Positions 12,064-24,519 of a DNA stretch of 64,000 nucleotides are shown in pieces (position 1 is the first letter of the stretch; each line of letters starts with the position of its first letter). This DNA is from Octopus sinensis (Eukaryota): contig NC_043002.1 of NCBI RefSeq assembly GCF_006345805.1, forward strand, positions 49,104,001-49,168,000. Reading direction: 5' to 3'. The notes under the pieces were generated by a model. That model saw nothing but the letters and a program-made list of their open reading frames with translations. It was not told the DNA's origin and did not search any database. A program made the position numbers and the translations under genes.

Positions 12064-12544
12064 CATTCATACGACATTATATATGTATATATATATATAA
12101 TATTTATGCATATATATACATAATATATATATATGTGTTGTGTATGTGAGCCGTAAGGGCCTTCGTTTTTGGAATCTCCACTTATAGAAAATGGAAAAAA
12201 CGGTCTTTGACTGCCATTTCTAATTCCTTCGGTATGAGGCGAAACAGCCTGCTGCTAGCCATCTTATTTTTTCTTTACTATATATATATATGTATATATA
12301 TATACACATACATTCATACGACATTATATATGTATATATATATAATATTTATGCATATATATACATAATATATATATACACATACATTCATACATTATAT
12401 ATGTAAATATATATAATATTTATGCATATATATACATATATATATATATACACACACATACATTCATACGACATATATATGTATATATATATAATATATA
12501 CATAATATATTATATATATATATATACATATATATAATATATAC

Positions 12545-12620
<76 letters not shown>
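12020..12620. repeat. (TA)n field with repeated ~65-70-bp AT-rich minisatellite unit
   Basis: CATTCATACGACATTATATATG...TTTATGCATATATATAC recurs at ~12064, ~12310 and in variant form at ~12385 and ~12460. Confidence 0.85.
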
Positions 12621-12622
<2 letters not shown>

Positions 12623-13110
12623 TTATAAGAGGTAATGGTGTCATTGAGACCCAAAGGTGTCAGGTAATGCTGAATAAGTGCTATAGACAGACCATAGTTA
12701 AGTTCCAGAGTCGTTGATTTTGCGAATAAGGTGTTCAACATTGGTCATATGTCAGCGTACGTATATAAGAATTTTTTGCGTAATTTGATAAAAAATACTC
12801 GGCAATGGTCTAAATAGGTTCTACCATTTTCTTTTTGTTCTACATCGCTTTGGATATTTTTGCATTAAGTTGCAAACATTGACATTGAGGATGAAGTGAT
12901 TTTTGCGTAATGAGATAAATGATTTTTCCAAGGCTGTGTAGATATTAGAATATTAGAATATCCTGTTTCCAGGATATTTATTAATTATATCCCTTCATCG
13001 GAGACGATGTGAGAGGATGGTTAGGTAATAGTTAATTTAGATAGGATACAAAATAGGGAGTGAGGTGGAGGAAGGAAAATAGATGTGCATTTTTTTGGCG
13101 GAATGGTATA
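12620..13110 (-). mobile_element. PLE-like UTR/pLTR fragment with truncated hammerhead-like motif
   Basis: Minus strand CCGATGA-AGGGATAT...ATATCCTG-GAAACAG (~12960-13010) lacks a downstream cleavage site; locally rearranged. Confidence 0.45.
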
Positions 13111-13248
13111 TATGTAAGATTCAATACCTTATGATCTTACTCATAAGGCATTGGAATTTTACATTGTGTAATATATCTATAAATGTTTTATCTACACAGG
13201 CTTGGTTTTTTATCTCATTACGCAAAAAATTCTGATATATATATATAT

Positions 13249-13280
13249 CTAGCAGGAGTACCCAGCTTTGCTCGGGTATT
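13249..13280 (-). mobile_element. Helitron 3' terminus
   Basis: Minus strand ACCCGAGC-AAA-GCTGGGT hairpin, then ACTCCTG, then CTAG. Confidence 0.6.
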
Positions 13281-13700
13281 AAATACTCGGCAATGGTCTT
13301 AATAGGTTCTACCATTTTCTTTTTGTTCTACATCGCTTTGGATATTTTTGCATTAAGTTGCAAACATTGACATTGAGGATGAAGTGATTTTTCCAAGATA
13401 CCATAAAGAAAGTAATAACAGCAGGGTGAAAAACCCTAGAGAAGCCACAACAGCCCATCTTCAGAAAAAAGTCAAAGAAATATGTTTACATAGATTCTGT
13501 TTTGGACAGTTCGATGTATGACTTATCTGCAGCATCAACTCTCCAACTGTTTATGTAAACAACTCCCAAATATATGATATATTCTATCTATGCGTGTGTG
13601 TTTGTGTGTATATATGGATATATGCTTGTTTCGACACATAGTTATATATAGTATTATAGTAGGTATATTTGCATGTACGTTGTATGTATAAGTATAAAAT

Positions 13701-13918
13701 ATTGGTTTCAAATTTTGGCACAAGGCCTGCTATTTTGGGAAAGGGTGTAAGTCGATGACATAGACTCCAGTGTTCAACTGGTACTTGTTTTATCGACTTC
13801 GAAAGGATAAAAAGGCAAAGTCGACCTCAGCGGGATTTGAATTCAGGACGTATAGACGGACGAAAAGCTGTTAAGCATTTTTCTCCGGTGTAGTAATGAT
13901 TCTGCCACCTAGCAGTCT
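13701..13918 (-). mobile_element. SINE family B
   Basis: GGTTTCAAATTTTGGCACAAGG...GTCGACCTCAGCGGGATTTGAATTCAG. Confidence 0.8.
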
Positions 13919-15214
13919 TATAACTATCAAATATTTACTGAAGGATCACTTAGATTAAGTATCACATATATATTTCCATTTTACGCAGGGAAGAGGTTGA
14001 CTGTAATTTCAAAGATGACCGCTATCACCAGTTATTACCATTAGTTTGTAAAAGCTAACAATGATAAGAAACAACACTAACTGTTCAAACGTTCAGATAT
14101 AAAGAAATTGAAAAGGTGTTAATACTACACTATTTCCCCATCCTTCGTCACTAAAAATACCAAAAGCCAAAAAAAAAAAAAAAAAAGAAATTGAAAAAGA
14201 GCCATCACAGTAAGAGAGATGACGTTATTCCCGAGAAATAAGCTATCTGTTGGCTAAAATATATGTTCCTGTATTCCATTTGTATGCTACGTACGCTATT
14301 CCCTTTGTAATCTAGCTTACAGTATCCCTGTTGTAACCTGTAAACAACGGCTCACTCGTACCCATTCAGCACTTTCCCAGTTGCATTCTACAAACATCAT
14401 GTTAGCTGTATCCTGTTAAAAAGCCATGCAATTGTATTTCACCAAAAATCTCCCAGGTAATCCATCTAATTATCTGCTCTTCGTTCAGTTCTTTAGTTTA
14501 GACCAGTTAGTTTTTAAGCAAGCAAGAATATGTTTCCCATTAAATCACTTTGCAGCTAAAAGAACAACTTCCGATCGTCCCGTGATTTATATGTTAATTT
14601 CCGGTTTCGAGACAATAAAAATCACCGGACGGGGATAATGCAAACGAGCACCAATCTAATTTCAGACTCTTTTGAATCAGATCACGAAGACGATGACTTT
14701 CTAAGCTAATGCTTTACAATAAAATGTAAATCTAAGTCAATGCATCTCACAGAGAAAGAGAGGGAGGGAGAGAGAGAGAGAGAGAGGGAGAGGGAGATGG
14801 AGAGATAGAGAGAGAGAGAGAAAGAGAAAGAAAGAGAGAGATTATTATGTCCCTTTGTTCTTCTGTAACATTTAACATAATTAAGTTTCACTCGGAATCA
14901 GAATTCATTCCTTACTTCTCCAGATATATTTTGAAAGCAATAAAATCTTAATTATATCACGAGTATTTAAATAAATCCTAAATTCATAATTTTCTCGTTT
15001 TCATTTCAGCACAGGGCTGCTCATTTACAAGGAAACAGAATGTGATAGATATTTTGTTTCTCTTTTCAAATCACATAAACAGCATAAATGAAATAAAATG
15101 GTTTCAACTGGCGATCGGGTCATTGCTTGTCTCTCTCCCCGGGAACTCAATTCTTCGGTATTCACCAGTTAACGCATACTAAACTAACATCAATTATATT
15201 TACATTGTATTATC

Positions 15215-15615
15215 TTTTATCTTTACTGTTTTCAGTCATCAAGCTGCGGCCATGCTGGACACCACCTTGAAGAATATTAGTCGAGTTAATCGACCCCAGT
15301 ACTTATTTTTTTTTAAAACCCGAAATTTATTCTATCGTTCTCGTTTACCGAACCGCTAGGATACGGGGATGTAAACACACCAACACCGGTTGTCAAGCGT
15401 TGTATATGCATACACAACGAGCTTCTTTCCGTTTCCGCCTGCCAAATCCACTCATAAGGCCCGAGATTTTACTAGAAGACACTAACTCTCTTTTACTCTT
15501 TTACTTGTTTCAGTCATTTGACCGCGGTCATGCTGGAGCACCGCCTTTAGTCAAGCAAATCGACCTCAGGACTTATTCTTTGGAAGCCTAGTACTTATTC
15601 TATCAGTCTCTTTTG
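15215..15615 (-). mobile_element. SINE family A fragments (two tail modules, partial head)
   Basis: TTTCAGTCAT...CATGCTGGA(G/C)CACC occurs twice; GCTTCTTTCCGTTTCCG..CCAAATCCACTCA head piece. Confidence 0.8.
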
Positions 15616-16166
15616 CAACATGTAGTTTTCTAAATAACCAGTTGGCGTATTAAATACCAGGGGTTTTAGGTTAGTTAGCTCCTTATAAAGTGCATTGATA
15701 TCAGTTACTGAGGAGATTTGACGTTGTTTCTCTCTTAAACATTTTGGCAGTAAACTGCACAATTCATGACAAACCATGGGTTCGTTGATGATGAACAATC
15801 TCTTTTTCTAGGATTTTATTTGCTTTAACCCATGATAATACAATAGCAGCGATTGGTTTAGGTATATCAAAAGTTAAACAAAGACACAGACACAGAATTG
15901 GCCAACGTCAACAGACGAATGTTTTGAAATAGAAAGAAAGCGCCTGTGAAAATGCATAGAAACGAAAAATTCGAAACGGACTCAAAGGTCTTTTATCACG
16001 AATTTTTGTAAAAGCCACATGTAAGACATAAACCGGGGTGGGGGTGGGGGCTATGAAAAGTAATGTAAAATTAATGTGAACGTTCAATAAAGATCAAGAT
16101 ACGACGGTCGGAAAGGCTGAAACGTTGGAAAAGTGTAAGAAAGTTCCAACATATTCAAATAGTAAC

Positions 16167-17250
16167 TGTTTCAAACTTTGGCACAAGGTCATCAATTTTA
16201 GGAGAAGGGTTTGTAAATTACATCGATTCCAGTACTTGACTGGTACTAATTTTATAGACCCTGAAAAGATGATATACAAAGTTGACCCCGGCAGAATTTG
16301 AATTCAGAATGTCAAGACTGGAAGAAATGCCACTAAGTATTTGGTCCGATTCTGCCAGCTCACAGCCTTTAATTGTTCCAAATTTTAGCACAAAGGTCAG
16401 CAATTTTAGGGGAGGGGTGATTCGATTATATCCCCCACCAATACTCAAATGGTATATGTTTTATCGTTCCTTAATCAATGAAAGACAATGTCGACCTCAG
16501 CGGGATTCGTATCATATTTCTAATAATAATTAGAAAGGTTTCAAATTTTGGCACAAGGCCAGCAATTTTAGGGGAGGGGATACGTCGATTTCGTCGACTC
16601 CAGTGATCCACTGGGTATTTATTTTATCGACTCTGAAAGAATGAAAGGCAAAGACCGGAAGAAATGTCGCTTAGAATTTGGGCGGACGCGCTAACGATTG
16701 TGGTCCAGTCGATAGAGTACCGATGGATCAGTTCACAGCTTGCTTTCTGTCACATAGCCTTCAACAACTGTGGATTACACTAGTAAATTAGGTTGTTTGT
16801 GTGGTCTCATATCTGCTCTAATCGGATACGACCCGTAGATCTGGGTTTTCAGGTGTACTACTCCTTTCGCTTTGCAGAGACCCATCATGCAGTCATGAAT
16901 CGTATGGGGTATAGTGTGGAAGTTTGGACATATTGCACCCTATCCCGTGTTCAGGCTATATTTTGTTCGAGCACAGAATCTTGCGATGGCCGCAAGGGAA
17001 GCGAACAAGTTGAATAGGCAAGTTGAGAAGATATTAATTTCAAATTTTGGCACAAAGCCAGGAATTTTGGGGGATAGGCAAGTCGATTACGTCGGCCCCA
17101 GTGCTCAACTGGTACTTATTTTACCGATCCCGGAAGGATGAAAGGCAAAGTCAACTCTGATAAAATTTATATTCAGAACGCGAAGACGGATGAAACACCG
17201 TTAAGTATTTTGATCGGCAGGATGACGATTCTGCCGGCTTGCTGCCGCGG
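16167..17250 (-). mobile_element. Cluster of four same-orientation SINE family B copies (~16167, ~16372, ~16537, ~17037)
   Basis: TTTCAAA(T/C)TTTGGCACAA(G/A)G 3' end repeated four times. Confidence 0.85.
16720..17025 (+). pseudogene. Decayed RTE-like LINE 3' coding fragment
   Basis: KFGHIAPYPVFRLYFVRAQNLAMAAREANKLNRQVEK resembles the RTE C-terminal 'FGHIAR...RP.GRP..W..QV' region. Confidence 0.35.
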
Positions 17251-17665
17251 GTTGAGAAAATATTACTGCCACGAATATACTTCGTTCGACTGGCAATCAA
17301 AAACATAATTATCTCGCTTGCTTTCTCGGCATAATATATTTTGGATTACTATATTTGGAATATTTATTCATTTCTAAGATGACAGGGTATTATTTAACTG
17401 CATTGTTTGCAGGCCGAGTGACCGCAGGTAATAAAAGTTGGTATAATTAACTATTGTGTACAGTAATGTCACTGTAAACACAAAGATATCTCATGACATG
17501 CTGTAATCCACTGAATTCTATTTTCTGCGAGGTTATGGCCCAAAGAATTAGCTCCTGCAAAACACATCTGTCTGCTCATGAATTGTATGAGGGCGATCAC
17601 TATGTGACTCGAGCACAAAAATGCTTCCTTAATACTCACCACACACGCATACACATATATATTAT

Positions 17666-18040
17666 GGCTGTGTAGTAACAAATTTGCTTCCAAACCACAT
17701 GTTTTCCTGATTAGTCCTGCTATGTGGAACCTTGGGTAAGAGTCTTTTACTATGGCCCGGACTGACAGAAAGCATTGTGGTTAGATTCTACAGATGGCAA
17801 CTGTGTGGAAGCCTGCCATATATATATATGTGAGTGTATTTGTGTGTATGTTTTTTGCGCTTGTGTTTGTTCCTCACCACTCATTGACAACTTGTGTTAG
17901 ATTCTTTACGTCTCCGTAAATTAGCAGTTCGACAAAAGGCCCCGATAAAATAAGTACCAGACTTGTAAATTCTGGAGTCGATTTGTTCGACTAAACCCCT
18001 GAAGGCATGACCAGAATCCAATGAAGTAAAAGATGAAAGA
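17666..18040 (+). mobile_element. SINE family A, old diverged copy
   Basis: Head, internal microsatellite and tail are all recognisable. Confidence 0.7.
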
Positions 18041-18044
18041 TAAA

Positions 18045-18300
18045 ATATATGACTAAATGGTTAGTGTATTCGGCTCACGATCATATGGTCGTAAGTTCGA
18101 TTCTTGTAGATGCGTCGTGTCCTTAAGCGAAACACTTTATTTCACTTTGCTCCTCTCTACTCAGCTGGCAAAAATGAGTTGTGGCTGTAGTTCATTGTGC
18201 CAGCCTTGTCACATTCGGTGTATCATGTTGAATTTCCCTGAGAAAAACGTTAAGGATACACGTGCCTGTGGAGTGCTTAGCCACAGGCTGTGCTATTGAT
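18045..18300 (+). mobile_element. SINE family D
   Basis: GGTTAGTGTATTCGGCTCACGATC...CAGCTGGCAAAAATGAGT...CAGCCTTGTCACA...GGAGTGCTTAGCCAC. Confidence 0.75.
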
Positions 18301-18393
18301 CGAATATCTAAAATAAGTCATAGGAGCATATAACAAAATCATACAAAACAAAGAAGCTAGATGCGGAGAGTCAATATTGTTGCAGGTATTAAA

Positions 18394-18789
18394 GGCGGCG
18401 AGCTGGCAAAAACGTTAGCACGCCGGGCGCAATGCTTAGCGGTATTTCGTCTGCCGCTACGTTCTGAGTTCAAATTCCGCCGAGGTCGACTTTGCTTTTC
18501 ATCCTTTCGGGGTCGATTAAATAAGTACCAGTTACGCACTGGGGTCGTTGTAATCGACTTAATCCGTTTGTCTGTCCTTGTTTGTCCTCTCTGTGTTTAG
18601 CCCCTTATGGGCAGTAAAGAAATAGGTATTTCGTCTGCCGTTACGTTCTGAGTTCAAATTCCACCGAGGTCGACTTTGCCTTTTATCCTTTCGGGGTGAT
18701 TAATTAATTACCAGTTGCGTACTTGGATTGATGTAATCGACTGATCCCCTCCCCCAAAATTTCTGGCCTTGTGCCCTAGAGTAGAAAAG
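18394..18789 (+). mobile_element. Dimeric SINE family B with 17-bp TSD
   Basis: Two tandem B-box/core units; AATATTGTTGCAGGTAT at 18373-18389 and 18790-18806. Confidence 0.9.
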
Positions 18790-19244
18790 AATATTGTTGC
18801 AGGTATCGCGTATAAAAATAATACGCAACACTTAATTGACTCTAACTCGATCTTGTTTTTGTTGTTGTTGTTTTTTTTAATTGTTTTATTGGTTTATCGT
18901 ATGACATCAAAATATTCTGAAATATATTAACTTTCTTACAACAAAAGCGCTTTGCATAGGAAATTTCTTCCAACCGTGTGTACGTACACAAGGATAAACG
19001 TATGTATGTGCATCTGTATATGTGAATGTTCGTGAGTGTGTTTATGTGTTTACATGTGTGTGCGTGCGTATGCGTTCGTGTGCGTGTGTGAGAGAGAGAG
19101 AGAGAGACAGTGGGTGAATTTGAGTGTATGTATAGATGAGCGTGTTATCTGCGTGTGTGCACGTGCGTGTTTGCGCTTCACGTGTTGTGTGTGTATGAAT
19201 GTGTATATGACTAGGTTGTGAATACATGTGTGTGCGTGAGAGAG

Positions 19245-19431
19245 AGGGAGAGAGAAAGAAAGAGAGAGAGAGAGAAATAAAGAGAGAGAAATAAAGAGAG
19301 AGGGAGAGAGAGAGAGAAAGAGAGAGAAAGAAAGAGAGAGAGAAAGAAAGAGAGAGAGAGAAAGAGAGAGTGAAAGAAAAGAGAGAGAGAGAGAGAGAGA
19401 AGAGAGAAGAGAGAGAGAGAGAGAGAAAGAA

Positions 19432-19471
<40 letters not shown>

Positions 19472-19610
19472 AGAGAGAGAAGAGAGAAGAGAAAGAAAGA
19501 GAGAGCGAGAAGAGAGAGAGAGAGAAAGAAGAGAGATAGAGAGAGAAAGAAAGAGAGAGAGAGAGAGAGAGCAGAGAGGAGAAAGAGAGAGAGAAGAAAG
19601 AGAGAGAGAA

Positions 19611-19641
<31 letters not shown>

Positions 19642-19776
19642 ATAAAGAGAGAGAAAGAAAGAGAGAGAGAGCGAAGAGAGAGAGAAGAAAGAGAGAGAAA
19701 GAAAGAGAGAGAGAGAGAGAAGAGAGAAAGAAAGAGAGAGAGAAAGAAAGAGAGAGAAAGAGAGAGAGAGAGAGAA

Positions 19777-19818
<42 letters not shown>

Positions 19819-19930
19819 AAGAGAGAGAGAGAAAGAGAGAGAGAAGAGAGAGAGAGAAGAAAAAAGAGAGAGAGAGAAGAGAGAGAGAAAGAATAGAGAG
19901 AGAGAGAAAGAGAAGAAGAAGAGAGAAGAA

Positions 19931-19963
<33 letters not shown>

Positions 19964-20080
19964 AAAAGAGAGAGAGAGAGAAGAGAAGAGAGAGAGAGAA
20001 AGAGAGAGAGAGAGAAAGAGAGAGAAAGAAGAGAAGAAAGAAAGAGAGAGAGAAAGAAGAGAGAGAGAAAGAGAAGAGAG
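19245..20080 (+). repeat. ~840-bp almost pure purine (GA/GAAA)n tract
   Basis: Direct reading; only a handful of pyrimidines on the + strand. Confidence 0.95.
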
Positions 20081-20479
20081 AGTGTGTTATGTTTGAGTGT
20101 GTAGGGATGGGTGTGTATTGTGGGTGTGTGTGTGAGTAATATTCGTTGGGTCCGTTTGGTATATTACTTGTGCGGCGCAGACGCGGAGTGTGGTCAAGTA
20201 GGATTTTAAAAAATTAAGACATAATATATATATAAACGTACTTATATACTGAAATGACAGTATTATACATACAAAGCACGCATGCTCACGCACACACATA
20301 CATTGTATATTTACATATGAGAGAGAGAGGGAGGGAGGGGAGAGGAGGGGAAAAAGAAAGAAACAAATTGAGGGAGAGAAAGAAGGAAATAAGAAAGAAG
20401 AAAAGAAGGGAAACAAGAAGGGATAATAGATCAAAGAAAGCACATAGAAACCCAATGAACAGATAGAGGAACTAGAGTG

Positions 20480-20940
20480 AGCTAGATATTATAGATAGAT
20501 CGATAGATAGATAGATAGATAACTTTCTTTTATTAGCCACACAGGGCTGATCACAGATAGATCGAGAGATGATATGATATATAGATTAGATCGATAGATA
20601 GTATAGATAGATTAGATAGATAGTATGATAGATAGATATCTAGATAGATAGATAGGTATTAGATAATAGTAGGTAATTTATGTAGATAGATAATGATAGA
20701 TATATAGATAGTATAGATAGATAGATAGATAATAGATATCTAGAAGCGAGAAGAAAGAGAGAGAAAGAGATAGAGATAAGAATAAGAAGAAGAAGAGAAG
20801 AAGAAGAAGAAGACGAAAAGAAGAAAAAAAAAGAAAAGAAGAAAAGAAGAAAAGAAAAGAAAAGAAGAAGAAGAAGAAGAAGAAGAGAAGAAGAAGAAGA
20901 AGAAAAAGAAGAAGAAGACGAAGAAGAAGAAGAAGTGAGA
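20480..20940 (+). repeat. Degenerate (GATA)n followed by (GAA)n
   Basis: Direct reading. Confidence 0.9.
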
Positions 20941-21134
20941 TCATCGCTTAGATAAACCATTTATTTTCATTCATTCCATTTTCTTTTAGACACCGAATCT
21001 TATTTCCTTCTTACCTATCTTATTTCCAATACTTTAGAATCAACATTCCGATAAACGAGTTCTACTTCTTCCCTTTAACCTACCGGCCAGGTTTTTATCC
21101 CGTACACAATGTGTCAACAATTGCTATTACTCTT

Positions 21135-21762
21135 TTACGCTTTTACCCTTTTACTTGTTTCAGTCATTTTGACTACGGCCATGCTGGAGCACCGCCTTTA
21201 GTCGAAGAAATCGACCCCAGGACTTATTCTTTGTAAGCCGAGTACTTATTCTATCGGTCTTTTTTGCCGAACCGCTAAGTTACAGGGTCGTAAACACACC
21301 AGCATCAGTTGTCATGTGATGTTGGGGGGACAAACACAGACACACAAACCACACAACACAACACACACACACACACACACACACAACACACACACACACA
21401 CACCATATAATAATATATCATATATATTAATATATATATAATGGCGGTGCCCAGCATGGCCACAAGCTCGTGAGCTGAAACTAGATAAAATAAAATAAAA
21501 ATAAAATAAAATATATATATATACATATATATATATATTATATATATACTATATATATATATATTATATATATATAGATATATATATATATATGTACGCT
21601 ATATACGACAGGCTTCTTTCAGTTTCCGTCTATCAAATCCATTCACAAGGCTTTGGCCGGTCCGATGCTATATAGAAGACACTTGCCCAAGGTGCCACGC
21701 AGTGGAACTGAACCCGGGACCATGTGGTTGGTAAGCAAGCTACTTACCACACAGCCACACCT
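21135..21762 (-). mobile_element. SINE family A with expanded internal microsatellite and small insertion
   Basis: Tail ~21135-21345, head ~21600-21762 (CTTACCACACAGCCACACC). Confidence 0.85.
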
Positions 21763-22033
21763 AATTATTTTACAAGTACATTACTGATATAAATCGTAAC
21801 ATTATTCCAATTTCTGCTCTTCCTTTATATGCTTTCTAAACGTTTCCTGATCGCTCCTTTACCCATGCCAAATATACGACCCGTGAACGCATCCAGGCAG
21901 CGTCAATGTTTAGACCAGTTCCCGGTTTAATTTTATAGATTTTATTTTTAAAAATATACTATAAAATATATAACGTTAGGATGCGTTCTGTCGCAGCCGG
22001 ACTAGAGACGTGAGTGGTTCCAATGAGTCACAT

Positions 22034-22647
22034 CAGTGCACCTTAGAGATTCGTTTGTTATTTCAACCAATGAAAAAAATGCTTATAATTCCATATACGA
22101 AAAGATGTAATCTATTTTCACTCAATACCGAACCAAGTGGAAGGTCGGTTTCTTTTTTTATATTGACGCACGTGTTCGAATGGCTTCCATTGATAAAAGT
22201 AATATTGAAAAGTTTTTTTTTGTTTTTTTTTTCCATGGCGGTGAGCTGGCAGAAACGTTAGTACGCCGGCCGAAATGCCCTATTCTGCCGTTACGTTCTG
22301 AGTTCAAATTCCGCCAAGGTCGACTTTGCCTTTCATCCTTTCGGGGTCAATAAATTAAGTACCAGTTACGCACTGAGGTCGATGCAATCGACTTAATCCC
22401 TTTGTCTGTCCTTGTTTGTCCCCTCTATGTTTAGCTCTTTGTGGGCAATAAGGAAATAAGAAACGTTAGCACGCCGGGCGAAATCGTTAGCGATATTTCG
22501 TCCGTCCTTACGTTCTGATTTCATATCCCGCCGAGGTCGACATTGCCTTTCGGGTTGAAGTGAAAATACTAGATGACCATATTTTTGTATATGGAATAAT
22601 AAGAATTTTTTTCATTGGTTGAAATAACGAATCCCTAAGGTGCACTG
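22034..22647. repeat. ~89-bp imperfect inverted repeat pair (22034-22122 / 22559-22647)
   Basis: CAGTGCACCTTAG.GATTCGTT..TTTCAACCAATGAAAAAA...TATTTTCACT on both strands. Confidence 0.85.
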
Positions 22648-22708
22648 ACTAATCGACTGGCCCCTCCCCCAAAATTTCGGGCCTTGTGCCTTGAGTAGAA
22701 AAGAACAT
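22236..22708 (+). mobile_element. Dimeric SINE family B interrupted by the right inverted-repeat arm
   Basis: Co-linear with 18394-18789 except that 22559-22647 replaces part of unit 2; the SINE resumes CTAATCGACTGG...GAGTAGAAAAGAA. Confidence 0.8.
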
Positions 22709-23890
22709 TGAAAGGTTTTGTAGCTGAAAATATGCAAGCTTTTAATCAAGTATTAGACTTCTTAAGAAATGTAAGCATTCAATGAGGCTATTTTCATCTC
22801 TTTCTCACCCAAAGGATTCTTATTTGGTAATACTTAACATATACCACGTGGATGAGGGTTCCTCACACACCTCTGCACACAAACATTGCTAACAGCTCAT
22901 ATTCTGAACTATGTAGCTAATAAAACTATTGAAATGTATATTAGTCCAGTCATCCGTGTATCTTGGGCTTAATAGGGTTTTAATTGTGCCTATATGCTCG
23001 CTAGATTTAGTTTATGCGTCAATCTGTCCCGCCTAATATGAACAAGTTGACGACCCTGACTTAAGCCATATTTCTTTCCATGTCTGTTATGTTATGATTC
23101 CGAGATATCTTTAGATAAGTTACACGAGCGCAAATACCTAAATGTCTAAATTAATTATTGTTATAATTTTTTTAAAATTTTAGCTTGGTTTGGAAGAAAG
23201 GACTCTGCCTATGGCCTTTGTAAATTGTACAAGACCAATGAGTTTCATGTTGCTTAAACTGCTGCATGTAGGTGACTACAGAAAAAAATGTAGGAAGAGT
23301 ATTAAGAGATTCAACCTTCTGGAAAGACAAGATAGACTGAGGAGCCAAGATCACTATAGTAAAATCACTAAAGAAAAAATTCACAAAGAGAAGGCAGTAC
23401 GTGAAGGGAACTAAAGGTTAGAGTAGATTGTGAGCATGGATTAGATTGTGTCTTTGAGACGTTGCTACTGTTGAGAATGAGCTAATTATTTTATTGCACA
23501 GGTGTAGCATTCTAGTATTTTCCAGGCAGATAAACGCTTTAAACTTTCTTACTGTGGATCCTATTTAAAAAAAAAAAAATATTATTCGTTCCATTCACAG
23601 GAACTGTGACTATATTGAAGCACTGCATTGAAGAGTTGAGGTGAGCAAATGTGTGGAAGACCGTCATATATATTATATAATATATATATATATATATTAT
23701 ATATATATATATATATAGTACAAAGTGAGATAGGGGTTATGAGTGTAACCCACTATGGGATATCATTTATCGAATATACTGCCAGTAAAGTACCCAGAAG
23801 GCTAATACATAAATGCTAAGAATTGCAATGCAATTAATTCATTTATTGTATTATATGGCCGAAGGTAAAATGTTTTACGTCAAATTCATA

Positions 23891-24343
23891 ATACAAAATA
23901 AGAAAATGTAGGAATAGATTTTTTTTCAATCATCAACTTCCAGATAATACCAATTCATATAATTTATTAACTAATTATTTAGATTAAATAGGAACATCCA
24001 AATCCAACAGAATAAGACAGAATAAAACAATATACATCAATAAGTAAGATAATACCATAAGAATAATGCATATAAAATGGATCTTACAGCTGTTTCAGCA
24101 TCTGACTAATATGGGCATAATGAGATACTCTTATCTACAGGCTGAAACAGCTGTAAGATCCATTTTATATGTATTATTCTTATGGTATTATCTTACTTAT
24201 TGATGTATATTGTTTTATTCTGTCTTACTCTGTTGGATTTGCATGTTCCTATTTAATCTAAATAATTAGTTAATAAATTATATGAATTGGTATTATCTGG
24301 AAGTTGATGATTGAAAGAAATCTATTCCTCCATTTTCTTATTT

Positions 24344-24348
<5 letters not shown>
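23891..24348. repeat. Long inverted repeat (~208-bp arms, 41-bp spacer), PLE pLTR-like
   Basis: Arms 23891-24099 and 24141-24348 with about 6-7 differences by eye; inner ends carry GCTGAAACAGCTGTAAGATCC. Confidence 0.95.
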
Positions 24349-24385
<37 letters not shown>

Positions 24386-24519
24386 TATATTATATGCATA
24401 TATATGTGTGTATGTGTGTGTGTATGCGTGTGCGTATGCGTGCATATGTGTGTATTTATGTATGTCTATGTTTGCTGAGGCTTCCTCCTCCTGCTTCAGA
24501 ACAGGAGTTGGTTTGTTTG

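Noticed and set aside
12225-12265. GTATGAGGCGAAACAGCC
   Set aside because: Too short for stem II, and the core is non-canonical.
15595-15880. Protein-like minus-strand frames (…NLKPLVFNTPTGYLENY…, FDIPKPIAAIVLSW…)
   Set aside because: Could not assign them to any family, and the frames are discontinuous.
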